A stretch of 64,000 bases of DNA from Balanoglossus misakiensis (Eukaryota > Animalia > Hemichordata): NCBI GenBank assembly GCA_040954595.2, contig CM082598.2, positions 4,727,097 to 4,791,096 on the forward strand, written 5' to 3'. The position numbers and the translations under genes were made by a program. Each line of letters opens with the position of its first letter. Within the stretch, counting starts at the first letter, position 1. A model generated the notes under the pieces. That model did not search any database. It had not been told where the DNA came from and worked only from the letters and a program-made list of their open reading frames with translations. Positions 23,878 through 37,700 of this stretch are shown one piece after another.

Positions 23878-24869
23878 CAAGAGATTTGACGAAAGTATTC
23901 CATGAATTCTTTATATTACAAAAAGGTCAAAAAGAGCAACTTTGTACCTTGTCACTGCAATATATTTGGTTGTCCACATCCATCAACAAACCTCCAAAAT
24001 GCTTGGATGAACAAATCTATCACTAGCTACTCTTATGGCAAGACAATTATAGATTTCGCGAAGTCTTCTGCATACTTGCAACTTGTCGGCATTTTTGGAC
24101 AAGAAATGTGAACAAAGAGTAATATTTATAAAAAAAGTACATAGCTTCCTACAAGTTTTTTTGTTTCGCAGATGAACATAATAAAATATTATCTAGTGAG
24201 TCAACATGAACACGATTGTCTGCCATCAATACATCTGACTGACTGATTGAGTAATTGTAATGGGTGACGTACCTTCACTGCTATATGAAGACCACTTGTT
24301 CAGTTGGGCTTGTGAAGTGTTTCATCCGCAACGATCTAAATTAAAGTAAAGAATTAAAAAAAGTAAGTTTCATGAAGACATAAGATTTTCTGAAATGAAC
24401 TGAGGGGGCGCATCTTGGACTCTACCATTCGCTACGTGGAGACGCTAGTAACATGATACTAAATTTATAAAACCTCCGACGTAAAAATACACCACCAAAA
24501 ATGACAGAAAATAAATTCTCACAAGTTGTATTTAAGAATTTAGAGGTACATAAACAGCGAAGTAAAGTTGAACAGAGCTAGTTTGGCCATTGGCATAACA
24601 AGAACAAACATGGCCGCCAACACACTGCATATCTCCATGCTTGCGCACCCCCCCCCCCCCCCCCAACATGGAAACAGGCAAAAATTCTAGACAATTCTAC
24701 CGGACTTGAAAACATGGTTCTGTTCAGAGAGAGGAAAAAAGCTACGACTTACCTCAACCGGTGACATCTTCAGCGAACAGGGTATGCAGGCGTGGAAAGT
24801 GGGAAGGTGAAAATTTAGTTTTTACTGAGAAATTCAAAGCAAACATGGGCCTCGTGGAGCGACGGTCGG

Positions 24870-25145
24870 CGGCCATGAGAAACGTGACTGCGAAAAACAC
24901 CTCATTATGCAGAATCTATTGATAAACAAATTTTGCCAAGACAAACTGACCATTCACAGACTGCTGATAGGAAATACTGGAGATAATAATTTGCATAAAT
25001 TATGCTAATATTGACAGCCAGCTGACCAGCGCTCAGCGCGCTGCGTTCACGCATGCAGCAAACAGCCAATCAGGAACATGTACATCGTTGCAATGAACCA
25101 ACCAGGAAAAAAACAATTAATTATTACGATAAACCAATCAGAAAA
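24870..25145 (-). promoter_or_regulatory. Promoter-like segment with phased CCAAT boxes
   Basis: CCAAT/CCAAC at 25066, 25098 and 25134 (32-36 bp spacing), octamer ATTTGCAT at 24989, CpG-rich patch, and a strong minus-strand donor gag|gtaagt at 24753. Confidence 0.45.
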
Positions 25146-25644
25146 CAACAATTATGGCAACTGCTAGTATGAAACAAATTAATTTTACTGCAGCCGGGAA
25201 AATATGACTATTTTACTGGTGATTTCACAGTAAACAGATCCAATATGGCTATTTCCAATGTTGTAAAGCGCCCTCGGCGACCAAGTAGTGTTTTTGACAT
25301 TATACCAGGTTTCCTCAATTTTTTACGGTTTCCAATAAAATACCTCGGGAATTTATGTCAATATGCAAATTAATTATGAAATCGATCGAGTGTGATTTAA
25401 ATACGAGACTAAGCAGTGGCTCCAGAAACGAATATTTTCAATGCGAAAATTGACCCATATTTTTACCTTACCATGCATATATGTACAATTTTCATGTCAT
25501 AAAGAGCCCTCAGCGTCCAAGTAGTACTTTTGGATATTTTATCAGTAAATTTCTGACTGCAAAAAAGCAGAAAAAACAAACTGAAAGCATTTTCCATGCA
25601 ACAACACAAGGGGAACACAGAAATTCAATTTTTAAGCAGTAAAG

Positions 25645-25650
25645 TTTATT
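25645..25650 (-). terminator. Candidate PAWR polyadenylation signal
   Basis: tttatt (AATAAA on the minus strand) followed on that strand by a GT-rich tract; would give a ~3 kb 3' UTR. Confidence 0.45.
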
Positions 25651-28630
25651 CAATAGACCACAAAATTAAAATGAGGTGAAAAATAACAAAGCGATCACTA
25701 TGCTATTTCACATTGAATGGCGTATTTGCTCTACATCATAACATATATTTTTATGAAACAAGACTTTGCACTTTGGAATTGTGAGGCAGCATCTATTGGA
25801 AATGACAATATTTGGTGTGTGTCGGGTTTAAAACTATGAGCAAAACAAAACAAAATGAAACATTTCACTGGTGATAAACATCGAACCCGAAAATTGCAGT
25901 TAAGCAATGAAAGAACTTACCGATACATGTTGTGCTTCAGACACAAACATAGTCAAACATCTGCAAGTGGCCACCTCTATATAGTGGCCACTTTGTTACA
26001 GTCCCTGTGCAATTTACATGTGCATTAATTGACATGTCTATAATGACCAGTTTAAGAAATTCCCTTAACTGGTCACTATAGACAGGTTCGAATCAACACA
26101 CATATCCAAGTTCATGATCATTTTCATCACCAGTTTAAACTTACAAAAACAACCTCTTGAATAATAAAGTAGAAAAATACAAAGATATAAACACAGAAAA
26201 AGTACACAAAATGACAGATGCGGTATAGGTTAAAGTCCAAAACCAATTGAGCTATGCCCTATGCAGTGTTTTTAAAGAAATTGCATTCAATTTCGTTGAT
26301 GAAAATTCCCTCGTTTTTTTGTTCAATTCTAAGCACTCTAGAATTTGTACTTGACAGTGAATGTCTCTATGCAAATTAGCATGAATGTCTATATGCAAAT
26401 TAGCAAGTGAAAGGGAGAACTTGTGTTGCTAAGCAATGATTTCATCCAAAAAGTTCTGCATTGCACACAGTCGAAAGGTTCCTCATAAATATTGCTAAGT
26501 ACAATCACAAAAGAAAATTGAAAAACACTGATATTTATCAGTGACAAGAAGTATTAACAATCCTTGCAAAACACTCTACATTTTGACAAAGTTAGATTCT
26601 AATAACATCAAAGACACCCTGTACACATGTTAAAAACTATCTACAGCTAGATAAAAAACCATTTGAGTTGTTTAATTATTTAAAAGAAACCTAGAAATGA
26701 AGTTTTCAAGGTAAGTTATCGGTTGTATCTACAAATTGCAAGATGAATTTTTATAAACTTAAATCTTTTTTCATAATTGCGGTTTTTCAATGGTTCAAAG
26801 AAAGGCTTTCAAAACTTGTACTTTTTGATGTTTTCAGAAAAATCAGTAGTTTTAGTTCATTTTCAAGAATGAGTTGTTTCTGCAATTTGCATACTAAGAT
26901 TGACCATCTAGTGAACACTACATCGATGTTATGTCAACACTATGGAGTGTTTTGTTGCATAAAAATGAATTTCATTTGTCATTAAAAAAGAAAAAGTTCA
27001 CCAAATTTTGTTTAAAGAATCTAAACCACCATTTTTATCATGTACTGTTCACATGACCTTTTTTCTGTACATTCATTTCTTAAAATTCTCACTACATGCA
27101 TCCCATTGGCTGATGAAGTGTCACATGATATGTGATTTCCCTGGCTCTGATTGGCTGACAAACCAATATGTGATACAAAGTCTTAGGCAAGTCTGACACT
27201 TTCATCACATTAACATATCAAAAGAATTATACATCTTTATGATAATTGATTTTTCACTTTGCATATATTTGCATGTATTTATACACAGCATAACAGCACA
27301 TGCTTCATTAAGTTTGTCAGGGGATAGTCAAATATTAATTCTGAAAATAAATCTGCGTTCAGTGTGCATGGTTTCACTGGAAATAACATTTGCTATTAAA
27401 ACATTTTGGATAGTGGACATAATTTTGCTATTTCCCTCAGCTGCCTGTAATAAGCAAATGAAAATTGGAATTTTCCGAGAGATAGAAACATGAAATTCTG
27501 CAAGTATTCCACAGAAGATGTAAATGATTAAATGGGTGATGTAACCATTATCGTGTATAATTTAATCAAAAAATTACGTTTTTACCCAAACTTCAAGTTT
27601 TTGAGTTTCCCGAAGACCTAGTGGTCTGTTTGCCATTTATGTAGTCAGCTACGGTTTTTTCTGTATTACTTGTAAGACAAATTTCCTGCACCACTAACTT
27701 TTATGAAAAATGTGACCGGTGTAAACAACCAGTTCTCAAAATGAAATGTTCGTGAAGTTATAAACCAACAGATGAATTTCTTTCCAGGGAATGACTACCA
27801 AAATTAGTTTCAATCAATACAGCGATGAATTCCGAAAGTTCTATGATCGCCACACCAACATAAAATCAAATAGATTGAAGTGATTTTCACACACACACAC
27901 TGAAGAAAGCTCATCTAGAATTGCATGCAATTAAAAACCTGAAAGACTTGGAGTGAGAAAATGAAGTCTTAAAGTTCAAGCCACAGCAGCTGCTACTTAG
28001 TTGCTATTTTTCAAAAAAACAAAATATCATTCTATCAACATTTGCACACAAACCTAATCTGCAAAACTGAACAAACAAAAGATGAGTTTTCTAACCGTGT
28101 GACTGAATCTTGACATGACATTCTTTGTCCTGTTCAGAAAAAGCCCACATAATGCTATGTGAGCGTATGACAGCATTAATATCTCAACAGGAAACTGAAA
28201 ATTTCCCTCAATTCATTGAAATATCTGTACCCATCCAAACAAACATAGGGGTCTTAAGCAACTAAGTGACTTTGTAATTCATTCAAATGCTTCGCGTCAA
28301 CAGCCAAGGCCAGGAAAATTTCTCAAAGGATTAATTTTTTTGAAGCATGAAGTATGCAAGATTTAGCTAATGCATCTATATGCATGTGACCAAAAGCAGT
28401 TTATCTACATGTTAGCTAAATTATCTTGACTCCAAAGATGATAAAAATCTCAGTTTTTTTCCCATTAAAATTATGAGATTTGAAACTCTCAAAACCCTCT
28501 CACACAAAATCGTTCAATTAAACTCATCAAAATCTTTTACCCTTAATAAATTGAACTTGAGTCTGGAAGTTCAGGAGGAAAAAAAATAAGAGAGAAATAG
28601 TCAAACGCCACGGCAACCAGTTACAGCAGA

Positions 28631-28726
28631 TTATCTTCTCTCTAACGAGAGTTTGGTGACAGCGCTGACTAATGCATCATTTTCTTCCCGAAGACGTTCA
28701 ATTTCCATTTCTGCCACATCTAAGTT
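28631..28726 (-). CDS. PAWR: PAWR last exon (leucine zipper)
   Basis: cttacag|NLDVAEMEIERLREENDALVSAVTKLSLERR then TAA. Confidence 0.88.
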   Translation of the reverse strand, partial: NLDVAEMEIERLREENDALVSAVTKLSLERR

Positions 28727-31700
28727 CTGTAAGTGAGAGATAGATAGAACACTGATATAAATACAACAAGCTAGACATACATGTATTCTGTCCTCAGATC
28801 TGTCTGTATGTATGTATGTATACGTGTGCGTGTGTATGTATGTATGTATGTATGTATGTATGTATGTATGTATGTATGTATGTATGTATGTATGTATACA
28901 TGTATGTACCGGTATGTATGTATGTATGTATGTATGTATGTATGTATGTATGTATGAATGTTCGGTATGTATATGCATATATTAAATATGTCACGATGTA
29001 AATCTTACAATGACATAAGATGATTTACAAGGAAATCTTTTCTGGAGGACAGTCCATTATTTCTAAGCTAGCACGAGAGTCAAATAATAATTTACATGTG
29101 CTACACATATTGGCTCTTGACCAATAGGACTATGCTATCAGTCAATCGTGAATTTTCTATAACACCATTTCAGGATACTTATTTTGTGGATGGTGGCTGA
29201 TGAAGTTATGAGGGAAGTTATTGTTTGATTATTAACGTTAGTACTTTTCTTAGGTGTTCGTTGTCGTCTTGTAACCGGTTAATGGTTTGTTCAGCTTCAG
29301 CGTGGCGTCGATTCAACCGTCTCGTTTCCCTTCTCTCTCGGTCATACAACTGTTAAAGGTCACACACCATGCACACAGGGAGAAAATAAAAAAATTGTTA
29401 GTCTGGTTGAAGGATATTCAGGATCAGGTCAGTGACAATAACAAACTTGTAAATTATGAATTTTTAATTTTTATTTTATGTATTTTAGAACGAGCACCCA
29501 AAATTTGTTATTTAATTTTATACGAAATTAATGTGAATATCATTAAATGAAAACACTGAATTTGAATTAGAAATTTAACCCTTTCATGCCTAAACACTTT
29601 AAAAGTAAATGTGGGTATATTCAGAGAAACTGTGGCATGAGAGAGTTAATTGATGTAAGATGCGTCGGTTTTGTATCACGTGATGTCTCTGATAACAACC
29701 AGTGGCTATTTTTGTCGCTGTCCGTAGAAACCAGGACCTCCTCATTCCCACAAACCTTTTTGTAGTTCTCAGTCGGACTTTCAGGGGGAACGTAGAATAA
29801 GTGAGTTTCGCTTTCAAGCGATCCTGGCGACATGGTGATTTTTTCCTCCCGTCGCGCCCTCCGTGATCTGCGCATCTGTAGTAACGAGGCGCGGGTGTCG
29901 GCGCCGTCATCGTCCCCGTTCTGGATGTCTGTCTTCTCCGTTGAATGCGTCTGATCACCTTTCTCTTCCACGTGGTTTTTGACGTCGACATCAACCTCAC
30001 AAGAACGCTCCTCAACTTTAATTCTCTCCTGTTCGACACGGTCATCACAAGTTATCGTAATTTCGGGCGTACTGGCACGCAACGTCCGCTCGTCCGGTTT
30101 CGTCTCGTTCTTCGAAACATCGTCTCTGCTGAATATTAGTCTGCTTTTTATTTCCTCCCCTGTTTGCGGGGACTCGGTGCGTCGGTATCTGGGCGACAGT
30201 TTCGGTGACTGTCCGGGTGAGGGGGTCGTTCGGGGTGACGGTCTCGGAGACTGGTTTAGCAACGGGCATTCTCTGGGTGACGGTTTTGGGAACTGCTCTG
30301 GGAGTGGGCTCTCTCCTGGTGCTGGTTCCTGTGACTGGCTTAGCGATGGGCTCTCTCTGGATGATTCCCCTAGCAACGGGCTATCTCTGGATGATTGGCC
30401 TAGCGATGGGCTCTCTCTGGGTGACTGCCCTAGCAACGGGCTATCTCTGGATGATTGCCCTAGCAACGGGCTGTCTCTGGGTGACTGCCCTAGCAACGGG
30501 CTATCTCTGGATGACTGCCCTAGCGACGGGCTATCTCTGGATGACTGCCCTAGCGACGGGCTGTCTCTGGATGACTGCCCTGGCAACGGGCTATCTCTGG
30601 ATGACTGTCCTAGCAACGGGCTATCTCTGGATGACTGCCCTAGCGACGGGCTGTCTCGCGGTGACGGTCCCGGTGACCAACTCAGTGATGTGTTCACAGA
30701 GTCCCTAGACACGTCGTGTTCTGTTTGTTCAATGTTTATCGGTGTTGAAGACAAGGGTGGGTCAGTGTAAGGTGAGTCAACATGCAGACTGTTAATGGGA
30801 ATTAAACAAAACCAACATTACATGCAGTCAAATTAAAGAAATTACACATGCAAATAATTAAATACAAGAATAGACACAAAAAACTGAAAAACAGGTTGAG
30901 GAATTATTGACAAGGTGACTGATGGAGTGTGAAGGGTGACATATGGAGGTGCAACTTTCTAAAAAAAATGTTGATAAGAAAATGTATGCCATTTTTTTCT
31001 GACAGTTGCAGCTCTCGTGTACATGAACACACTAAAATTCTTTTTCAAAACCAGGCCAAAATTTTGTTTTATATTGTATGTTTAGTCTTTAGTAAAACTT
31101 ACCGTGAACCATATCTCTTTGATTCTGTTATACTGTCCTGCAAGAAATTTAAAAGAAGACATTCAAATTTGTATTCTTGTTATACACTGTCTGTATGTGA
31201 TGTGAATATAAGAAGTAATTTAAAGACACTTTATAAGATGACTTGTTTTCAACTTCCATCTCGTTTGTCGGATATGCGAGTAATAATCTCGTCAAAATGA
31301 ATAAATGGTAGAGACCAAATATTCATTTTGGTGAGTTTTTCACTCTTGTGTCTACAAGTGGGATGGAAGTGGTGTGTTGTCAAACGTTGATTCACTATAT
31401 ATCCACATGTAGAATAATATAAATGGTGTCTTGTATCAAACATAATTAATTGAAAAAGGGGCAGTGAGAGAGAGACTTTGTCCCTTTAAGAAAACCAATT
31501 TCATAATTTTCATTCTACAGTGAAGTGATTTCACCAGAATTTCTTTTCTCTGAATAATCTGTCTGAGGGGAAATTGGACATGTTCCACACATGAAAGTCA
31601 GTTTGTAGGGTTAGGTAGAAATGAAATAACACTGCAATTCGTGATATATTTTACAGCGCACTTTTTTGACTAACTCAACTACGCTCTCAAAGCAGTTCAG

Positions 31701-34700
31701 TTAGGCAACCTCTCAGTCACCCCTGCAAGATCACCAGACTTCGGGGCGAAAACTATTCTGAAGATTTCATGAATGTTTGGGGCACAGCGGAAATTCACAC
31801 AACTCAGATGTCTAGAATTTCTCTTTTTATTTGCTCTGAGTGTGCAAGGATAAAAGGTCACCTTTTAGATTCCGTAATGCAATTTTCTCTGTACTTTCGC
31901 GTCCAGCCAATCTGCTACAGTAAAACGGATTATTTTCGTGACAGGAAATTTTCGCGATATCAAAATATGCAACTGATACGTGAGGATCAATTTTCGCATT
32001 CTCGTATTTCTCTGCATTGGTATCTCTGAAAACAAAAATTACGTGACTTTTTATTTTCACGTTTTTTTTACTCTCGTGTATTTCGCGATAAATTATTGCT
32101 CGCGAAAATAACCCGTTTTACAGTATGTCCATTTGTATTCAAGAAGGGTTGTCCGAACAAGAGTTTTTTTGTCTCCATCGCACAAAACAGGCATTCACGG
32201 TGGAATAAGATAGCGTGGCATTTTCGGTGATGTTTACACAGAGACACATGACTGAACAAATTCACTTGCGATTTTTTTTTCTTTTGACATAGTTTCTATA
32301 CCTTCCACCAGAAACGATTGTTCGATTCCTCGGCAGTGGCAATGTTTGTCTTAAAGGGACAGTCTCTCTCTCTCGCTCCCCTTTTTCCATTAATCATGTT
32401 TGGTACAAGACACTTTTTATTCTACATGTGGATATATGGGGAATCAACATTCAACCACACACAACTTCCATCTCACTAGTAGACACGAATGTGAAAAACT
32501 CGCCAAAATGTAATCAGTCTTTACCGTTTATTCATTTTGGCCAGATTTTTACTCTCATATCTTACAAACAGGATGGAAGTTGTGTGTGGTTGATTCACTA
32601 TATATCCACATGTAGAATAACATGAACAGTGTCTTGTATCAAATACAATTAATGGAAATGGGGCAGCGAGAGAGAGACTTTGTCCCACACCAAATCAGAA
32701 TGAACCTCAATGGGCGAGGCGAAGAAAACGGAATGCAAATACAGAAACAGCTCCACCATCTTTTCAGTGTTATGACGTCTTTCAGTTTTCCCCCAAGAAG
32801 GATTAATTTGGACCAGTGACTAAACTGAGAATGTTTTATCCTGTAAACACCTGGAGACACGTCAAGCTCTTTTAGGTCTACACTTTTTTCATTCTCCGTG
32901 AATGTGACGCTTAATTGGTTTTGTATGGCAGACAATTCCGTCCATGTAACTGAACATTCCAGAACACCTACTTTTTAAAGAAATACAATTTAGCATCACA
33001 GTCTTACTTTCATTCACAGTACAATAAGCAGAATGCCCCAGGGGATGGTGGTGGACATGTTAATGGCCACACCGTTTTTTGATTCTGTTTTCAAGAATTA
33101 TTTTGGATATTACAACTTTAAATACGTGTAGACATTTACACCATACATTTGTAGTTTCAAGTTTTGCAAGATTTCAAAATTTGACAGCAATATTTCAGAA
33201 TTCGACAAGAAAAAGTGTTCTCTTAAAATTTACCCCTTTTATGGCCTTAAAGTAAAATTCTCCTTAATAGAAGCCAGGTTTGAACATACATGTAACTTTA
33301 CAGGATATAAAATTTTGAAATAACGGAATAATTGGCTGTTTCAGCCAGCCATGAAAACCGTATCGCTGACTTCAGGATCAGAGTGCATTGACCTTAAATC
33401 CGATCGCTGCTTTCATCGGGATGACATGCGATCCAAACTTTCAACTTTTTATAAAAGAAAAACCAGCTGTTATATAGTTGACTGCTCACCATGTAGGGGA
33501 ATTCATACCACAAAACTTCATACTACTAATCTCAAGCATCCAAGTTATGCTGCATAATTAGGGACATGTCATCAACTTATGGCAGGGGGGGGGGGAATAA
33601 TTGCCACTTTAATCCTCACTTCAAGATTATATTCAGGGCCTACATTTATCAAAATAATTTGTTACTGTATTATCCATAATCAAGATATATTTCAATGTCT
33701 GTGGCGACCAGAAATAATATAATATCCTAACAAACATCATAATGGTTTCTTGTTTAATGTAAGATGTTGTCAAATCACTGAATCCCCCACCTCGGAATAT
33801 TGATTGAACAGACCCTGAAATAAATGACTGTCATCACCAAGCAGTGCCTGGATGCTATACCCTTCACAGGGGCCTGATAATATTTTTGTAGCTGCAAATG
33901 ACTAAAGCACCTGCTGGCGCTATGGCGACCATGCCGGTCTCTCTAATCCAATGACGTCAAAACGTTCAGCGGTTTTCCTTTCGCAGAGACACTATAGGGA
34001 GATGATTGCCCCCCCCACCCCTTGTTACAGAGATGACCCAGCCCTGTCATGATTGACTGAACACAGAGTCTGTTAATTGTAACAGCACATCGACTCGACT
34101 GTCAAATTGAAGAGTTGACCATGCCCGACCTTGACTCCATGTTGGGACACCCACTGACAATACACGTGTCGGACATAAATTTCTTCAACATTCTCAAGTA
34201 CATTGACACAGCTGTCTATTTTGCTTTCTCGTAGGATGAGCTGTTAAATGACATGCTATAAATTCCCTCACTTTTACTGATTTTGGACAGAAGAGGTGTC
34301 ATGATTTAATCAATTTACGGGGAAACCAGCCGTCACTTTTGATAAAATTAAAAGTTTTGTTGTGTATGTAGATCTGTATATTAATCATTAAAGAGACAAT
34401 AGCTGTACTTTTGGCTAAGTTTTTCATTATCAATTACAGTTTCTTGTTCTACTACTCACAGCATGCTAAAATACCTGCCGATTTATATGTCACTGTTGAC
34501 AAATTAATTAAGTCCGAACTTCAATTTAACTTTCAACAATAACAAAGTGGACTGCAGTACACACATGTCTACATTAAAAGTTACACTGCATATATTTACA
34601 CCATGCTTTAGGCTGTTTCAATAAATATGATAAACAGTACACAAATATTGAAAAAAAGTTATGGTATGGTTTTCTTCTTGCCTGCAGTACAACTTAATTA

Positions 34701-37700
34701 GCTTAAGATGTATGTTGATGTGATGTACTTATATTTTATAAAATATTGCTTATTACAAATTTAGTAGATCTATACACATCACCATCTAGACAGCCAGACA
34801 TATTGATATTCTCGTGATGAGAACAATATCATAGCAATTGTTCAGAAATGTTTACTTTGCGATCACAAAACATGTCTGCTTCTCAAACAACTGCGGACAA
34901 CAGGGAATGTGGTGGTCAGCTGAGCGGGCATTTTTCAAATTTCAGATGTTGCTGCATTTTTTTCAGCATCCGCCTTCTCCCAGCTGTTACTCCGGGCTAA
35001 ACGCTGTTGAGTTCCCTAGGGATTTTAACACTACCATGTACGTAGCTTGAAGTGTTTCATTCAGGATGGTATCAGCCTGGGGGATATGTCCGTCTTTGCC
35101 AGAATATTTGAGGGGGATTCCACTCTGGCAAAGGGGGACTGTGATATCTTCAAAAGTAACATAATTTTAAGGGGTACTGGTCCCCCCTTGACAAATTGCT
35201 AGGGGTGCCAACATGTCAACAGGGGGTGAATCCCCCCCCCCCCCCCCCTCATTCCCCCGTCCAGCAAGTGAGATGAAACACTGAGCTTGTTAAAACCTTA
35301 AAAACCCTGAGGGAAAATTGCTTGATCAATTAGCAGGGATGGAGAGACTTAGGTCTTTCAAACAAGTTAATTGTCATTTTTTTCTACAGGGTTAACAGTA
35401 GAGACAATGGTATGAATACACCATTGTTTTTAATTTGGTTTTTTGCCAAATTTGAAGACAATAATTCAAGGCTGCACTGAGGCTGATATTTGTGGCAGTT
35501 ATGTTATTTCAAGAATGATCAGCTGCTTTCATGACCTCTGTGTGCCCTTTACATCCTGGTATTTGCCCTGGTATGAAAAATCTCATCAGTTTTATTAATA
35601 ATTACTGAACAAAAGCTTTACAATTGTATAGATCTCTATTAAATGAATTCTGAGCTGAATTGGCTTGATAATTCCCTTTTGAGTCAAAATGTGCATGTTT
35701 CAAGTCTTGCACCAAAATGTTGAATTTTGACGACTAGATACCACTTGGGATTAGCAGGATGTAAGGTCACATAGAAGTCAAGAGAATGGTCAGTAGTAAA
35801 TGGCATTTAAATTATTTTAGGAATTAAAAGGTGTCGCACACAAGGACTTGATTGTATCAATCATAATGATTGGTTGAATATTTCACGTACTGTGCTGTGG
35901 AATATTTCACGTACTGTGTCAGGGTTACAAGTTCACAACAGATTAAACTCGCAAAAGTACACAGAGAGCGAAGCCTGGCAATTTTCCGTTCCATCAGCTG
36001 CAGACAGCTCACAATGTATGGTATGAAAAATTAGTGTAGCATATCAAGTCTGTCACTGATCCCTGCATTGTGTGAACTCAAAATATTCCAGCCAGCGTTC
36101 ATAAAATTTCTGTGGCAACTCTAATGGAAAATCGCGAAGTAAAATGAAAATAAACTCATGTGGAATTTACTAATTTTATCATAGCAATGGTTAATATCCT
36201 AGCACTGGGTGTCTGCAGTGAAACGTGAGTGTATTTTTAAAACATAAAAATAAATTTTTTGCAACATTATCTCTCTTTTGAAATTCTTGCTAAAAATTCA
36301 CTTTTGACAGATTTTTCTGTTTACTTCTTCCAGAAACATCTGATGTACATAACCACTTCAATTATTGACATCACCCTTTTCTCAGGCCCAGCACACTTGA
36401 TTGAATCATGGGCATGCATGGGACATTTGTTTTTTTTTTACCAAAGGTCAAAGGTTAGGAACACCAATCCCATGATTCATTTGTGAAACCTCCCTGTCTA
36501 CTAAGGACACATTTTGGTACAGAAAAACTGTTCTTAATAAGGAGTCGTTGATAGACATGTAGTGTCCTATACAAATCGCAACTTTTGTCCTGAAAAATCT
36601 GTCCTTAATATAGTGGCATGTGTCCTGATTAGAGAGGTGTTTGTATAAATATGACAGCTAAGTTTCACTGGAATTTTATAAAACCCTTCAGTGAAAAAGT
36701 TTACATGTAAACTCTTAAACTACTATGAATTGGTCAAATCCCAAAATATTTTTTTCCTTTGAATATAAGCCAAAAAACAAGTCAGGAAAGACCTCAGCCA
36801 TACAATTCCCCCTTTATGTACTCTCATGTTCGTCCAGACATTTTGAATTAACAGAACGTGTTTCTCATTCCCACCGAGAGAGAGAGACACGTTTAAACTT
36901 TTACAGTCCAGACTTGATGTATGCGACGTGTACACAACTCTGTTAGCATTTCAAGTCTGGACCACCCAACATTTTTCTTACCATGTGCAGATCTTAAAGC
37001 TATATTGGGCCGTGTAGGGTACTTGCTAAGCAAAGCTGCAAATCTGCACTCAAAGATAGCATGAGAATCAGCTTTATATAAAGTGCCTTCTAAGTTTCCA
37101 TAGAAGATATATATTACATCCATTTCAGCAAGGTCTGCAACAGTGCATAAATTGATGTCATGTTGTTCAGATATGTTTTAAATGGATACCTATAACTTCA
37201 ACAACTAGAATACTCAAGGTATATATATTTTCCAGCAATGCTGCGGCCCACACATGTATTTTACAAAAATATCATCTCTAGACATGTTTATATTACAACC
37301 ATCCATTTTGCAAGCTATCCATAAACACTTGTCACCATTCTGAAGTTTGTAATTGTTTGCGTGACTTTGGAAAATAAATGATACAGTTGCAAAGTGTGAC
37401 AGCTAGTGGAATCGCGATTCTTGACCTTTGACCTCACAGTGTCAGAGACCTTTAACAGATCATGACCGTACATGTCAAGGGGCATGATGGTCTTATAATG
37501 GACTGCGTGTTGTACACTACTTGTAAATTAAATTTTGTGGGGCGCTGTGGTTTTTTGACCTTCTTCTGGTAGTTTAAGAAAGCGCAACATATAAGATTTG
37601 CCATGAGCATAATCTTGATTTACATTGCTGTGGTTGACTGTGTGAGCTTGTCACAGTTCTGCTCACTTAAACCCTAATGCTACTGGGTGTCATATCTGTT

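Noticed and set aside
23521-23905. Repetitive ORFs
   Set aside because: Artefacts of the 93-bp tandem repeat, broken by a 1-bp indel
11590-25640. A single TIR-bounded giant transposon spanning the island
   Set aside because: I could not find matching terminal inverted repeats or a TSD by eye; kept only as an alternative hypothesis
28727-29001. HTYI and MYVC repeat ORFs
   Set aside because: (TATG)n microsatellite inside the last PAWR intron
29979-30770. 263-aa and 167-aa plus-strand ORFs
   Set aside because: Antisense shadows of the stop-poor 30-bp coding repeat; splice sites support the minus strand
34070-34241. Possible extra PAWR exon (acceptor tttaacag, open frame)
   Set aside because: No convincing in-phase donor or homology, and the exon chain closes without it
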